The notes: generated from the letters alone by a model not told the origin. A stretch of 38,814 nt of DNA from an uncultured Phycisphaeraceae bacterium (GCA_964652945.1 CAZZDW010000024.1:1-38814), one strand, 5' to 3'; shown: positions 28,758-38,131, numbered from the stretch's first letter. A program made the numbers and translations.

Positions 28758-29807
28758 ATGGAAAGCGGCTCAACCACATCCTTTGTCCGTCTCGACGGGT
28801 CGATCGGTGAAGGCGGCGGCCAGATCCTCCGCAGCGCCCTGGCGCTGTCGATGGCGACCGGCAAGCCGTTCCGGATCGAGAAGATCCGCGCAAGCCGCGC
28901 ACGCCCGGGGCTGATGCGTCAGCACCTGGCGTGCGTGCTCGCGGCGGCGCAGATCTGCAAGGCGAGTGTCAAGGGCGCACAGCTCGGCTCCGATCGGCTC
29001 GCGTTCTCACCGGGGCGTGTCCGCTCGGGCGAATACGCGTTCACGATCGGCACCGCGGGGAGCACCACGCTGGTGCTCCAGGCGATCATGCCGGCGTTGC
29101 TCATCGCCGATGGACCGTCGCGCGTCATCGTCGAGGGGGGCACGCACAACAAGGCCGCACCGTGCTTCGAGTTTCTGACGCACACGCTCGTGCCGATTAT
29201 GCAGCGGACCGGCGTGAAGATCAATCTCATGCTCGAACGCCACGGCTTCTACCCAGCCGGCGGCGGACGCGTCGTGGTCGAGATCGAGCCGGTTCACCGG
29301 AACCGCGCCCTTCTGCTCGAACTCATGGAGCGAGGCGCAGCCATCTCGTGTCGCGCGGTCGCGTTGGTCTCGGCGCTGCACGAGAGCATCGGCGAGCGCG
29401 AGGCCGCGGTCCTGCGCGATCGGCTCGGGCTCAGGCGCGACGAGGTACGGGTCTTCATGGTGCCCTCGCCGGTTGGGCCGGGCAACGCGGCGTACGTCAA
29501 GCTCGAGTTCGCGCACATCACCGAGGTCGTCACCGGCTTCGGCGAACGCGGCAAGTCTGCCGAACAGGTCGCCCACGCGCTCGCCGAAGAGGCGCTGGCG
29601 TACCTCGACTCGACCGCCCCCGTCGGCGAGCACCTGGCCGATCAGTTGATGGTGCCGCTGGCGCTGCTCGCGGGCGGGCGGTACGCCGCGGCGTCGATCA
29701 GCGAGCACACGCGGACCAATCTGGAGGTCCTGCGCGCCTTCGGCGTTGACGCCGTGATTGCCAGCGACGGCGTCGTGAGCGTCGCGCCGATTCCAGGAAC
29801 GCTGTAA
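28758..29807 (+). CDS. rtcA: RtcA RNA 3'-terminal phosphate cyclase
   Basis: ..LDGSIGEGGGQILRSALALSMATGKPFRIEKIRASRARPGLMRQHL.., ..FYPAGGGRVVVEIEPV.. and ..AVGEHLADQLMVPLALLAGG.. are collinear with E. coli RtcA. GTG 28749 overlaps the rtcB stop, and ATG 28758 is the alternative. Confidence 0.9.
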   Translation: MESGSTTSFVRLDGSIGEGGGQILRSALALSMATGKPFRIEKIRASRARPGLMRQHLACVLAAAQICKASVKGAQLGSDRLAFSPGRVRSGEYAFTIGTAGSTTLVLQAIMPALLIADGPSRVIVEGGTHNKAAPCFEFLTHTLVPIMQRTGVKINLMLERHGFYPAGGGRVVVEIEPVHRNRALLLELMERGAAISCRAVALVSALHESIGEREAAVLRDRLGLRRDEVRVFMVPSPVGPGNAAYVKLEFAHITEVVTGFGERGKSAEQVAHALAEEALAYLDSTAPVGEHLADQLMVPLALLAGGRYAAASISEHTRTNLEVLRAFGVDAVIASDGVVSVAPIPGTL

Positions 29808-29823
29808 GCAGCATCAAATCAAG

Positions 29824-29906
29824 GGTGAACGGAGGGACTCGAACCCTCAGCCCCCCCCTCCCCCGGACTCACATTCCGGTGCTCCACCGATTGAGCTACG
29901 TCCACC
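29824..29906 (-). tRNA. tRNA-His (anticodon GUG) with atypical 14-nt G-rich variable region
   Basis: Reverse complement GGTGGACGTAGCTCAATCGGTGGAGCA CCGGA-aTGTGAg-TCCGG GGGAGGGGGGGGCT GAGGG-TTCGAGT-CCCTC CGTTCAC C. It has G-1 and a C73 discriminator, which are His identity elements, with 7-bp acceptor, D, anticodon and T arms. The variable region is 14 nt (G3-A-G8-CT) where His normally has 4-5. Confidence 0.6.
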
Positions 29907-29998
29907 ATCAAGCGTCCCCGCCCCCCTTCCACCCCGTCTGAGCGACAAGGCCACCTACGTTCGAATGCGTCCCGCCCGTTTTCACGAACGGGAACGCT

Positions 29999-31126
29999 TT
30001 ACACCTTCGCGCGATCCTGACGGATCAAGCTCCCGATCTGCTCGCTCAAGTCGCCCGAGCCGAGCACGAAGGTCGCGTCGACGCCCTTGAGGATCTCCTG
30101 CAGGGCCTCGAGTTCCTTCATGCGGGCGAGCACCGGGTTCTCCGCGAGAACCTTCGCGGTGTTCGCCTGGCTGCGGGCCGCCGCGGTCTCCTCACGACGG
30201 CGGATGAGGTTGGCCTCGGCCTGCTTCTGCGCGACGATCACCTCGTTGAGGATCATCTTCATGTCCCCGGGGAGGATGATGTCGCGCAGGCCGACGCCCG
30301 AGACCGCGACGCCGAACGCCGCCGCACGCGGCGAGAGACGGTTCTTGATCTCGTTGCCCACCTCGTCCTTGTCGGCGAGCAGCTTGTCCAGGCTCCGCCC
30401 GCCGATCGCGGCACGCAGCTCGAGCTGCGCCTCGCGGTACAGAGCCTGCGCCCAGTCCGCGACCTCGGTAACCGCCTTCGCCGGATCGGCGACGCGGTGC
30501 GTGACGACGAGGTTGATGCGCAGCGTGACCTTGTCGGCCGTCATGATCTCCTGGCCCTGGATGTCGGCGACCTGCTCGCGCAGATCGACCGCCTTCCACG
30601 TCACCTTCGGCCCGCCCCTCCAGAAGATGAAGTGGCCTGGGCCGAGCTGCTCGATGAGCTTGCCGTCTCGGAAGAGCATGACGCGCTCGTGCGACTCGGC
30701 GCGGACGCCGTCGAAGTACCTCACGCCGCCGGGGAAGTTGAGGATCGACTCGATGCGAGGGTGCTCGAAGCGGACGTCGTTGACGTTGTACCGCTCGACC
30801 ACGATCTTCGCCGGGGCGCTCCAGTAGGCGTACGTGCCTGGGCCGAGGATGGCGTTCAGCCGTCCGTCGGCCCACACGAGCGCACGCTCCTCGTCGTTGA
30901 GGTCAACGACGGTGAGACGCTCGGCGAGCAGCTTGTCGCGCACGAGCGCATCGAGACGCTCGTGCTCGAAGCGCGGCTGCAGCGTGTCCACGACCTCGAC
31001 GGCGTGACCGCCGCGGAACGGGATGTTCCACACGGCGTGGACGCCGGGCTCGAGGACGCGGACAAGGTCGCCGTGGCGGAACCACAGGCCGAGTTCGTGC
31101 TTACGGATACGGACGGTCTTCCTCAT
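29999..31126 (-). CDS. SPFH/band-7 (stomatin/prohibitin-like) domain protein with triplicated N-terminal repeat
   Basis: C-terminal ~190 aa (..DKVTLRINLVVTHRVADPAKAV..LRAAIGGRSLDKLLADKDEVGNEIKNRL..AFGVAVSGVGLRDIILPGDMKMILNEVIVAQKQAEANLIRRREETAAARSQAN..) is a typical SPFH domain with a coiled-coil tail. The N-terminal 180 aa hold three ~50-aa repeats (L..DG.L...L.PG....W). ATG 31126 with AAGGAG SD. No N-terminal TM was detected. Confidence 0.8.
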   Translation of the reverse strand: MRKTVRIRKHELGLWFRHGDLVRVLEPGVHAVWNIPFRGGHAVEVVDTLQPRFEHERLDALVRDKLLAERLTVVDLNDEERALVWADGRLNAILGPGTYAYWSAPAKIVVERYNVNDVRFEHPRIESILNFPGGVRYFDGVRAESHERVMLFRDGKLIEQLGPGHFIFWRGGPKVTWKAVDLREQVADIQGQEIMTADKVTLRINLVVTHRVADPAKAVTEVADWAQALYREAQLELRAAIGGRSLDKLLADKDEVGNEIKNRLSPRAAAFGVAVSGVGLRDIILPGDMKMILNEVIVAQKQAEANLIRRREETAAARSQANTAKVLAENPVLARMKELEALQEILKGVDATFVLGSGDLSEQIGSLIRQDRAKV

Positions 31127-31486
31127 GGCTGAGCTCCTTTCGTTGGTGCATGAGGCGCAAACTGGAACAATCACTGTCAATGCGAGCCGAGAGCTTCCGC
31201 GCGGCACGTCCGCCCGGCTGTGCAACGGGGGCCGGTTTGAGCCGTCTCTTGCGCCGCCGGGCCGCTCGCGGTCGTCTGCTTCTCAGAACACGGCGGAGCC
31301 GAGTCCAAGAGAACAGCCCTCATGCGAAGACGCAGCGACGTTCGAGGCGGCGGTATCCGCCGACCCGCAGGCTGCACCGCCGTTGCCTTCCCGCTGCGAT
31401 CCGGCGCGGAGCGCTGAATCGTTTCGGGGTCGGCCGCCGACGTGCGGTTAGTGAGCCCTCGACTCACCGGTGAATCAACCAGACCT

Positions 31487-31527
31487 TGAGTCTGACGGGG
31501 ATTCGAACCCCGGGCCTTCCGGCCTAC
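31487..31527 (-). other. tRNA 3'-half fragment (variable hairpin + T-arm CGGGG-TTCGAAT-CCCCG + acceptor 3' strand)
   Basis: Reverse complement GGTAGGCCGGAAGGCC CGGGGTTCGAATCCCCG TCAGACTC. It has a canonical T-arm and TΨC loop but no 5' partner, and sits 4 nt downstream of the tRNA-Met-like gene. Confidence 0.45.
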
Positions 31528-31531
31528 CTTG

Positions 31532-31605
31532 GTGTGCGTGCCGGAGTCGAACCGGCGACCGCCGAGTGATGAGCTCGGTGCTCTAACCACATGAGCTAAC
31601 GCAAC
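31532..31605 (-). tRNA. tRNA-Met/Ile2-like (anticodon CAU) with two acceptor-stem mismatches (possible pseudogene)
   Basis: Reverse complement GTTGCGT TA GCTC-ATGTGGTT-AGAGC A CCGAG-CTCATCA-CTCGG CGGTC GCCGG-TTCGACT-CCGGC ACGCACA C. The D, anticodon and T arms are canonical and close to elongator Met. Acceptor pairs 1:72 (G·A) and 2:71 (U·C) are mismatched. Confidence 0.45.
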
Positions 31606-31992
31606 ACGTCATGACCCGCCGGCAGAACCCGCGGTAGCGAAACGCGCGGCGTCCACGGACGACGCGTCGCCGGACGGCGAGCCATAACGAATGGATGCAC
31701 GAAGACGCTGACCTCCGCGCAGCCGAACGGAAACTTATATGTGTTCAACCAGCGATCAGCCCTATACGCGAGATGGATCTCACGTAGGCTCAGGCGACGG
31801 CGTGATGTATACAGACTGGTGCGTGCCATCGTGCGTCTCCTTTCGTTGATGACGATGAGTGCTCTTGCGAAAGCCATGCCAACTCGCCGAGTCGCGTTCC
31901 GAGGTTCTTCCATGCGTCATTGGCTTTTGGGGTTACGAAGTACGGTCAATTTTTATATTTTTGGATAAAACACGTATCTTTAGGTATCGAAA

Positions 31993-32085
31993 TAGATCGG
32001 GCAGGATTCGAACCTGCAGTGGGCACCCCGTGAAGGGGTCACCGGGTTATGGCCGGCGTGCCTGCATCCACTTGTATGCCGATCT
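31993..32085 (-). ncRNA. 93-nt class-II-like tRNA-like element with non-canonical anticodon loop
   Basis: Reverse complement: AGATCGG (perfect 7-bp acceptor with CCGATCT) ... GCCGG-CCATAAC-CCGGT hairpin ... CCCC-TTCAC-GGGG variable hairpin ... GCAGG-TTCGAAT-CCTGC T-arm. It lacks a canonical D-stem and has C at the U33 position, so a functional tRNA is doubtful. Confidence 0.35.
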
Positions 32086-32690
32086 GTTGGTCTCGTATTG
32101 CTTATCGCTCATTGCCGCGCGCAGCAATCGCGCCCGGCTTGCTTCCGGCTCGCACACACTTGCACCTACGTGCTAGCGCACGGCTACCGCCGACGTTCAA
32201 GCGGAACAAGACGACGCGCGACTCATGGGAGGCGATGATGCATCGGCTTGCGAGACCCGCTGCCGACGCCGGGCGACTTCAGGCCCAATCGTTCAGCATC
32301 CGGTGCGGCGGATAATCAACACCTATATCAAGCCGGTCCGCAGTGGGATTCCAACTCGCATGGCGTTGGCCGCTCGACAGGATGGCGAACTCGTGCCGTT
32401 TCATCGTGGGGCAAGTTTGTCACGACAACCTATGAAAGTCAAGCATGCCGCGGAAAAACTTTGATCCGCGAAGGTTTCGTGAGCAACGACCGCCGGCGAG
32501 CTCTGGCACCGTGCCGATGCATGCATCCCACGTCATCCCTTAAGTCTCATCAAGCATCGGCGAGGCCCTGCCTGATCCGCTCGCCCAGCACGACTGGTAA
32601 CCGCCATTACTCACGAAACACTCGGCGGCGATCTCGAAAATCGCGTGCATGAGGCGCATGCTCGATCCGCATCAGGTGCGGGCATGCATG

Positions 32691-34577
32691 TTATCCTGCG
32701 GCATCCTTGATCTTCCGTTCCAGTTCTTCCCAGCGTGCATACAAGGCCGCGACATCCGCATGCGCGGCTTCCAGCGCTCGGCACGCCGCGGCCATCTTCT
32801 GATGATCGCCGGCCACGTCCGGCTCGGCGAGCGCGGCTTCGGCGTCGGCCGCCGCCGCTTCGGCCGACAGGATCTTCGACTCCATTGCATCGTATTCGCG
32901 CTGCTCGAGATAGCTCAGCTTCTTCCTGGACGCCTTCGTCCGGCCGCCGTTTCCGTCCGCCCCGGTCGATGCGGTTGAGTGCGCGGGAGAAGGCGCCGCC
33001 GCGTCCACGGTCGTCTGCGCCACGCGCTGCGCGGCCAGCGCTTGATCAACGCTCGCCACCAGGCGCGCCCCGCCGCGGCCGTCGATCGAGAGCACCCGCG
33101 TCGCGAGCCGTTCGAGCATCGCGCGGTCATGCGTCACCAGGACCAGCGCCCCGGGAAAATCGTCCAGCGATTCTTCCATGACTTCGAGCGTGGGGATGTC
33201 CAGGTCGTTGGTGGGCTCGTCGAGCACGAGCACGTCGGCCGGCTCGAGCATGATGCGGGCGATGTGCACGCGCGCCAGTTCGCCGCCGCTGAGGGAGCCG
33301 ATCGGCTGCTCGAGCTGTGCATCGCGGAAGAGGAACCGCCGCGACCACGCGGTGATGTGCATCGCCTCGCCGCGGAACCGCACCTGGTCGCCCCGCTCGC
33401 AGAGCGCCCCGCGCAGCAGCGTGCCGGGCGCAAACTCGCGCCGGTGCTGACTGAACACCACCACACGCGGCGACGGATCCGACAGCTTCACCGTCCCCGC
33501 GTCGGGCCGGATCTCGCCGGTGAGCACGCGGATCAGCGTGGTCTTGCCGCTGCCGTTCGGCCCGAGCAGCCCGAGGCAATCGCCCGCGCCGAGCTCGAGG
33601 TCCAGGTCCTTGAAGAGCGTGCGCGCCGGACCGCCGAAGCCTTTGGTGATCCCGATCGCCTCGATGAACTTGCGCGTCTTCCGGCCCGTCGCGTTGAAAT
33701 CGACACGCGCCCTTGCGGCCGTCGCCGCGGCGTTGCGGGTCTTCAGTTCGCTCAGATCCGCGATCCGCTCGTGGCTGGCGTTGATGCGGCCCTTCGCCTT
33801 GGTCCCTCTTCCCTGCGGCCCGCGCGACAGCCACGCCAGGTCACGCCGCACCTGGTTCGCCAGCGCCTGCTCCGCTTTGGCCTGAGCGGACAGAACCTCC
33901 CCACGCCGCCTGAGAAACTCGCCGTACCCGCCGTCGACATCGAGCGTCCCCTGCGGGTACGCACTGCCCAGCTCGACGACGCGCGTCGCGATGTTCTCGA
34001 GGAACGCGCGGTCGTGCGTCACGACGACCACGCTGAGCGCGCCCCGCCGAACGGACGGCTTGAGCAACTCTTCGAGGCCGCGGATACCTTCGAGGTCGAG
34101 ATGATTGGTCGGCTCGTCGAGCAGCAGCAGGTCGGGCTCGCCGCCGCAGCTTGCGAGAGCGCGGACGAAGGCGAGCCGCTTGCGCCAGCCCCCCGAGAGG
34201 CCGTCCGCCCGCGCACCGGCGTGCCGCTCGTCAAAGCCGAGGCGATCCAGAAGAACGCCCGCGAGCGTCTCGGCCTCGTGCTCATCGTGCACGCCGCTCG
34301 CGTCCATCGCCACACGCACGGCGATCTGACGCGCGGTGAGCCCTTCATCAAAGACGTCCTGCTGCGACACGTAGACGATCTGCGCACCCTTCCTGGACAT
34401 GACGCCGCCGCTGTCGGGCGTTTCTTCGCCGGCGAGGATCTTGAGGAGCGTGCTCTTGCCGGAGCCGTTTGCGCCGATGAGGCCGACGCGCTCGCCCTCG
34501 GCGATGCTGAGCGAGACATCAGCGAACAGCAGCCGCACGCCGTGGGTCTTCGAGATGTTCTGGGCTGAAAGCAGCAT
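32691..34577 (-). CDS. ABC-F family ATPase (Uup/EttA-like, tandem ABC domains + C-terminal coiled-coil)
   Basis: Two Walker A sites (GANGSGKST, GPNGSGKTT), two LSGG signatures (LSGGWRKRL, LSGGELARV) and Walker B LLLDEPTNHLD / LVLDEPTNDLD, with no TM domains. The C-terminal charged helical extension resembles Uup. ATG start. Confidence 0.85.
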   Translation of the reverse strand: MLLSAQNISKTHGVRLLFADVSLSIAEGERVGLIGANGSGKSTLLKILAGEETPDSGGVMSRKGAQIVYVSQQDVFDEGLTARQIAVRVAMDASGVHDEHEAETLAGVLLDRLGFDERHAGARADGLSGGWRKRLAFVRALASCGGEPDLLLLDEPTNHLDLEGIRGLEELLKPSVRRGALSVVVVTHDRAFLENIATRVVELGSAYPQGTLDVDGGYGEFLRRRGEVLSAQAKAEQALANQVRRDLAWLSRGPQGRGTKAKGRINASHERIADLSELKTRNAAATAARARVDFNATGRKTRKFIEAIGITKGFGGPARTLFKDLDLELGAGDCLGLLGPNGSGKTTLIRVLTGEIRPDAGTVKLSDPSPRVVVFSQHRREFAPGTLLRGALCERGDQVRFRGEAMHITAWSRRFLFRDAQLEQPIGSLSGGELARVHIARIMLEPADVLVLDEPTNDLDIPTLEVMEESLDDFPGALVLVTHDRAMLERLATRVLSIDGRGGARLVASVDQALAAQRVAQTTVDAAAPSPAHSTASTGADGNGGRTKASRKKLSYLEQREYDAMESKILSAEAAAADAEAALAEPDVAGDHQKMAAACRALEAAHADVAALYARWEELERKIKDAAG

Positions 34578-35069
34578 GATGCCCCCTCCCTCGCTCGTGC
34601 CACCTTTGCGGCAAAGCCGGGATTGTACCTCTCATGCTGCCACGGCCAGAGAACGACATGAGTTCGTGAGTCCGCTACGCCGCGGCCAACTGGACGACAT
34701 GGCGATTGGCGCCGCTGACTTTTCGTGATGTGACTCGGCCGGTCATGATCAGGTTGCGGAGCGCGTTGCCGACCTGGAACGCGTGCCCTTGCTCTTGAGC
34801 GAATCGAGGTACGCGGCCACAAACTCCACATCGTCTTGACGCAGCCGCATAGCCAGCAGGTCTTCGATATCCTGGTCCCGGCTGGCGAGCACCTTCAGCT
34901 AACACGTTGACCGCCTCGCAATAAACGCTTGGATATCGATGCCCCTAACACCGTTGCGTGTGGCGTAGAAGTATTGCCGCCAGGCGGTGGTGTTGGTGTC
35001 GCTGGGTTTGGCCGGATTCTATGGCGATGCGAAGTACACCAGGTGGAGCAGGAATGACCAAGCTACTCG

Positions 35070-37505
35070 TTATTCCCGCCGCCACACGCCCATCTCGCCC
35101 CGCGGCGTCGGCTCCACCGTCGTATCGTACCGCACGCCTTCGGGGACCGGCACGCCGACGTTGACGCTGGTCCCGAATCTGCCGGCGGTCGCTGTCGCCG
35201 AATCCACCGCAACAAACGCCGTGTACGCCGACATGAGCCCATAGCGGAGCGCCACGTCGCGGACGTCCTGGGCCAGGTGCGCCCATCCGGGCAGGATCGA
35301 CCACTCGTTCATCGCGAGGATCTTCTGGCGCGCCCAGATTTTCTGCATCACCGAGGCCGCCAGCGCATCACTCACACGGCTCACGGGCACATCGATGACG
35401 CGCTCGCTGCCGCCGATCCGGGCGCGGACCCGCACGCTCTCCGGCAGCGACGAGACCATCCCCTCGAAGCGCCCGCTGAGTACGACGGGCCGTCCGACAA
35501 AGAGATCGGCGACGACCGAACCTACATCGAATCGCCCGACGCGCTCGACGTCGCCCACCGCGACGGGCCCGGTGCCGGGGAACACCTCGCAGGCGGCCAT
35601 CGCGCCCCAGTCGATCGAGATATCGGTGAGCGCGGGATGGCGGGCGGCGGTGAAGAAACGGCGCATCACCTCGCCGCCGTCGTCATGGAGGCCGAGGTAC
35701 GCGACCGAGCCGCGGCCGATCTTGGCCATGCGGTCCAGCAGGAAACGGTTGGGCGAGCTGCCGACGCCGAACGAAAAGACCCGTGAGTTGCCGATGAGGC
35801 GGTGCACCTCGCCCAGGATGTCGGCCTCGTTGCCGATGAACCCATCGGTGAGAAAGACGACAAAGCGGAGCCGCTCGGGATCGGGGCGTGTGTTGAGAGC
35901 CGCGCGGACGCCCTCGATCATCTCGGTGCCGCCGCCGTCGGCCAGCGAGCCGACGTACCGCTTGCCGCGGCGGACGTTCTCGGCGGTCGCGGGTAGCGAA
36001 CTCGCGCCCATCGCCGAGGCGGACTCCGAGAACCGGATGATCTGGAAGGCGTCGCGCTCGTCCATCATGTCGAGGGCCTCGCAGACCGCCGCCTTGGCCT
36101 GATCGAGCGGCCCGCCCGACATGCTGCCGGAACAGTCCAGCACAAAGACCAGCTCCATCGGCACGCGGGCGAGTCGCGTCATCTCACGCGGCGGGACGAG
36201 CATGAGCGTGAAGTACCCGCCGCTCGCGCCCTGTGCGCCCGTGTCCGCCTGCGCCAGCAGCGCTGAGCGGACCTCTGAACCGGCGACGCGGTAGCGGAGG
36301 ACAAAGTCCTTGTTGGGGATCGTGTCGCCGCGGGCGATCGAGACGCTGGCGCGGCTCCGCGTGTTGCGTGTGCGCCGCAGGCCGCGGTCGATGTCGACGC
36401 GATGGCTGGGGCATGCGATCTCGTCGATCTCTACGCCGGCGTCGATATCGAGCGTGAGCGAGATGTCGTGCCCGCTGCGCTCATTGGGCGCGAGGTACCG
36501 GACCTCGGCGCCCGTGCCGCTCGCGTCGGCAGTGGTATGCCCGACCGCTCCGACGCCGTCCGCCGTGCCGGCCGGGTTGTAGCGCGGGCCGACCACCATG
36601 GGGAAGACGAACTCGTACCAGCCGTCGCGGTAGGCGAGCGTGTGGAAGTAGGTGATGTTCACGTCAACAGCCCTGCCCGGCTCGATGTTGGCGACGCTCT
36701 GCGTGAAGATGTTGGGGCGTTCCTGCGTCAGCAGGCTGGCGGTGCGCCCCGCGGCACGCGCGTTCGCGTAGATCCGTGCAGCCTCTTCACGCTCACGGAT
36801 GATGCCGCGGATGCGCCGATCGCCGATGGTCATGACAAAGCCGCTGACGGCCGCGTCGTCGGGGAGCGGGAAGACGTACACCGCCTCGATCTTGCTCGAG
36901 TAGGGGTTGCGGAACCGCTGCTCGACGTCGACGGCCGCGATGTTGGCGACGATCGACCCGCGCACCTCCGTGTGCTCCAGCGGCATCGGCACATAATCGT
37001 CGTCGATCGTCGTGACCAGGCAACCGGTACGGGGAAGGACGACCCTGCGGAGAGACGGCGGCACGATCTCCGCTTCGTTGTCGAGCGTGAGCGCTGTCCA
37101 TTGCTTGCGAAAAAGCCACGGACTTGGTGAAGACGGCGCAGACGCCGACGCTGCCCTCGTCCCACGCGGGATGATCCAGAGTTCTTCTTTCTCTGAATCG
37201 AAGCCATTGAGACCTTCGCGAGAATATCTATAAAAATCTCCCTCGGCAAGACTATCCGTCAGCCCGAGCGAGTTGTGCCCAGTGCCAACGGGTGAATGTC
37301 CCCGCGGCACGTTATTGCCGGCGATGCCGGGTTCCAGGGCCGGGTCAAAGCCGATCGCTCTTTCGCTCATCACCGGCCTGGGATCGCTCGATTGGTAATC
37401 CGTGCCGGGGTACCCCGCGTGCCGGTTCTCGCACCCGACAAACGCGAGCGCACCCGCAACCACGAACACCGCAACGCCCACAACCCACGCGCACTTGTAT
37501 CTCAC
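35070..37505 (-). CDS. VIT + von Willebrand factor A domain lipoprotein
   Basis: GTG start. Lipoprotein-like signal ..VVAGALAFVGC. A VIT-like N-terminal region is followed by a vWA domain with MIDAS (LVFVLDCSGSMSG..). It is the third gene of a translationally coupled minus-strand operon. Confidence 0.7.
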   Translation of the reverse strand: MRYKCAWVVGVAVFVVAGALAFVGCENRHAGYPGTDYQSSDPRPVMSERAIGFDPALEPGIAGNNVPRGHSPVGTGHNSLGLTDSLAEGDFYRYSREGLNGFDSEKEELWIIPRGTRAASASAPSSPSPWLFRKQWTALTLDNEAEIVPPSLRRVVLPRTGCLVTTIDDDYVPMPLEHTEVRGSIVANIAAVDVEQRFRNPYSSKIEAVYVFPLPDDAAVSGFVMTIGDRRIRGIIREREEAARIYANARAAGRTASLLTQERPNIFTQSVANIEPGRAVDVNITYFHTLAYRDGWYEFVFPMVVGPRYNPAGTADGVGAVGHTTADASGTGAEVRYLAPNERSGHDISLTLDIDAGVEIDEIACPSHRVDIDRGLRRTRNTRSRASVSIARGDTIPNKDFVLRYRVAGSEVRSALLAQADTGAQGASGGYFTLMLVPPREMTRLARVPMELVFVLDCSGSMSGGPLDQAKAAVCEALDMMDERDAFQIIRFSESASAMGASSLPATAENVRRGKRYVGSLADGGGTEMIEGVRAALNTRPDPERLRFVVFLTDGFIGNEADILGEVHRLIGNSRVFSFGVGSSPNRFLLDRMAKIGRGSVAYLGLHDDGGEVMRRFFTAARHPALTDISIDWGAMAACEVFPGTGPVAVGDVERVGRFDVGSVVADLFVGRPVVLSGRFEGMVSSLPESVRVRARIGGSERVIDVPVSRVSDALAASVMQKIWARQKILAMNEWSILPGWAHLAQDVRDVALRYGLMSAYTAFVAVDSATATAGRFGTSVNVGVPVPEGVRYDTTVEPTPRGEMGVWRRE

Positions 37506-38131
37506 GGCGTGTCTCCTTGATCCGCTTGATCGGCTCTGTTCCCGTTCCCATCGCTACGGCCGACGCTTATGGCCTCAATCGCAACGCGCGCGCCGCCGAT
37601 CCGCTCGCCGCGCTCGTCCCCCGCGGCTTGCAGCTCGGCACACAGCAACGCCGCCGCGTCACCATCCGCGTCGATCGCGGCTTCTTCCAGCATGTAGTGC
37701 ACGCGCGCCACGCGGACACGGCCGCTCGGCAGCTCGCCCTTGGCCCGCGTGCTCAGCGCGGCGATGACGACGCGCTCCCGCATCATCGCCGCCGGGTCGT
37801 AAAACGGCGGCTCGGCGTACGCCGCCGAGCCACCGTCGTGCGTGGGATCGCTGCCCTCGACACCCACGACCTTCAGGCTCGCGTGCGCGTCCGCCGCCGG
37901 CTCGATGAGCACCTGGTACGCACCCAGCGCCGATGCCCCGGCCTCGATGTACACGTCGACGGCGAAGAACACCGCCCCCCCCACCTCCGCCACCGCTTCC
38001 TCTGTCGAAGCAACCGCGGCTCGTTCCGGCGCGTCCGCGTCGGCCGGCGCTCTGCCCGCGCCGAGGAGCACCGCCACAAGGCCGATCACGACCGAGATCA
38101 CCGCACACAGCGTGCAGGCCTTGGTGTTCAT
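37502..38131 (-). CDS. Hypothetical secreted/anchored protein (209 aa)
   Basis: Its ATG overlaps the upstream stop (ATGA). N-terminal hydrophobic segment CAVISVVIGLVAVLLGAG. Ala/Asp-rich. No motif was recognised. Confidence 0.45.
   Translation of the reverse strand: MNTKACTLCAVISVVIGLVAVLLGAGRAPADADAPERAAVASTEEAVAEVGGAVFFAVDVYIEAGASALGAYQVLIEPAADAHASLKVVGVEGSDPTHDGGSAAYAEPPFYDPAAMMRERVVIAALSTRAKGELPSGRVRVARVHYMLEEAAIDADGDAAALLCAELQAAGDERGERIGGARVAIEAISVGRSDGNGNRADQADQGDTP

Noticed and set aside
31993-32085. tRNA-Sec or tmRNA interpretation of the 93-nt tRNA-like element
   Set aside because: tmRNA would need about 350 nt between the acceptor halves, and here the 5' acceptor strand is adjacent. 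A UCA anticodon can only be placed in a 5-nt loop, and the acceptor is 7 bp, not 8. There are no selA/selB/selD genes in the window. It is kept as an unclassified tRNA-like element.
34019-34831. 270-aa minus-strand ORF overlapping the 5' half of the ABC-F gene in another frame
   Set aside because: It is an alternative-frame artefact. The ABC-F frame carries Walker A, signature and Walker B motifs, and the alternative frame is Ser/Arg/Ala-rich low complexity.
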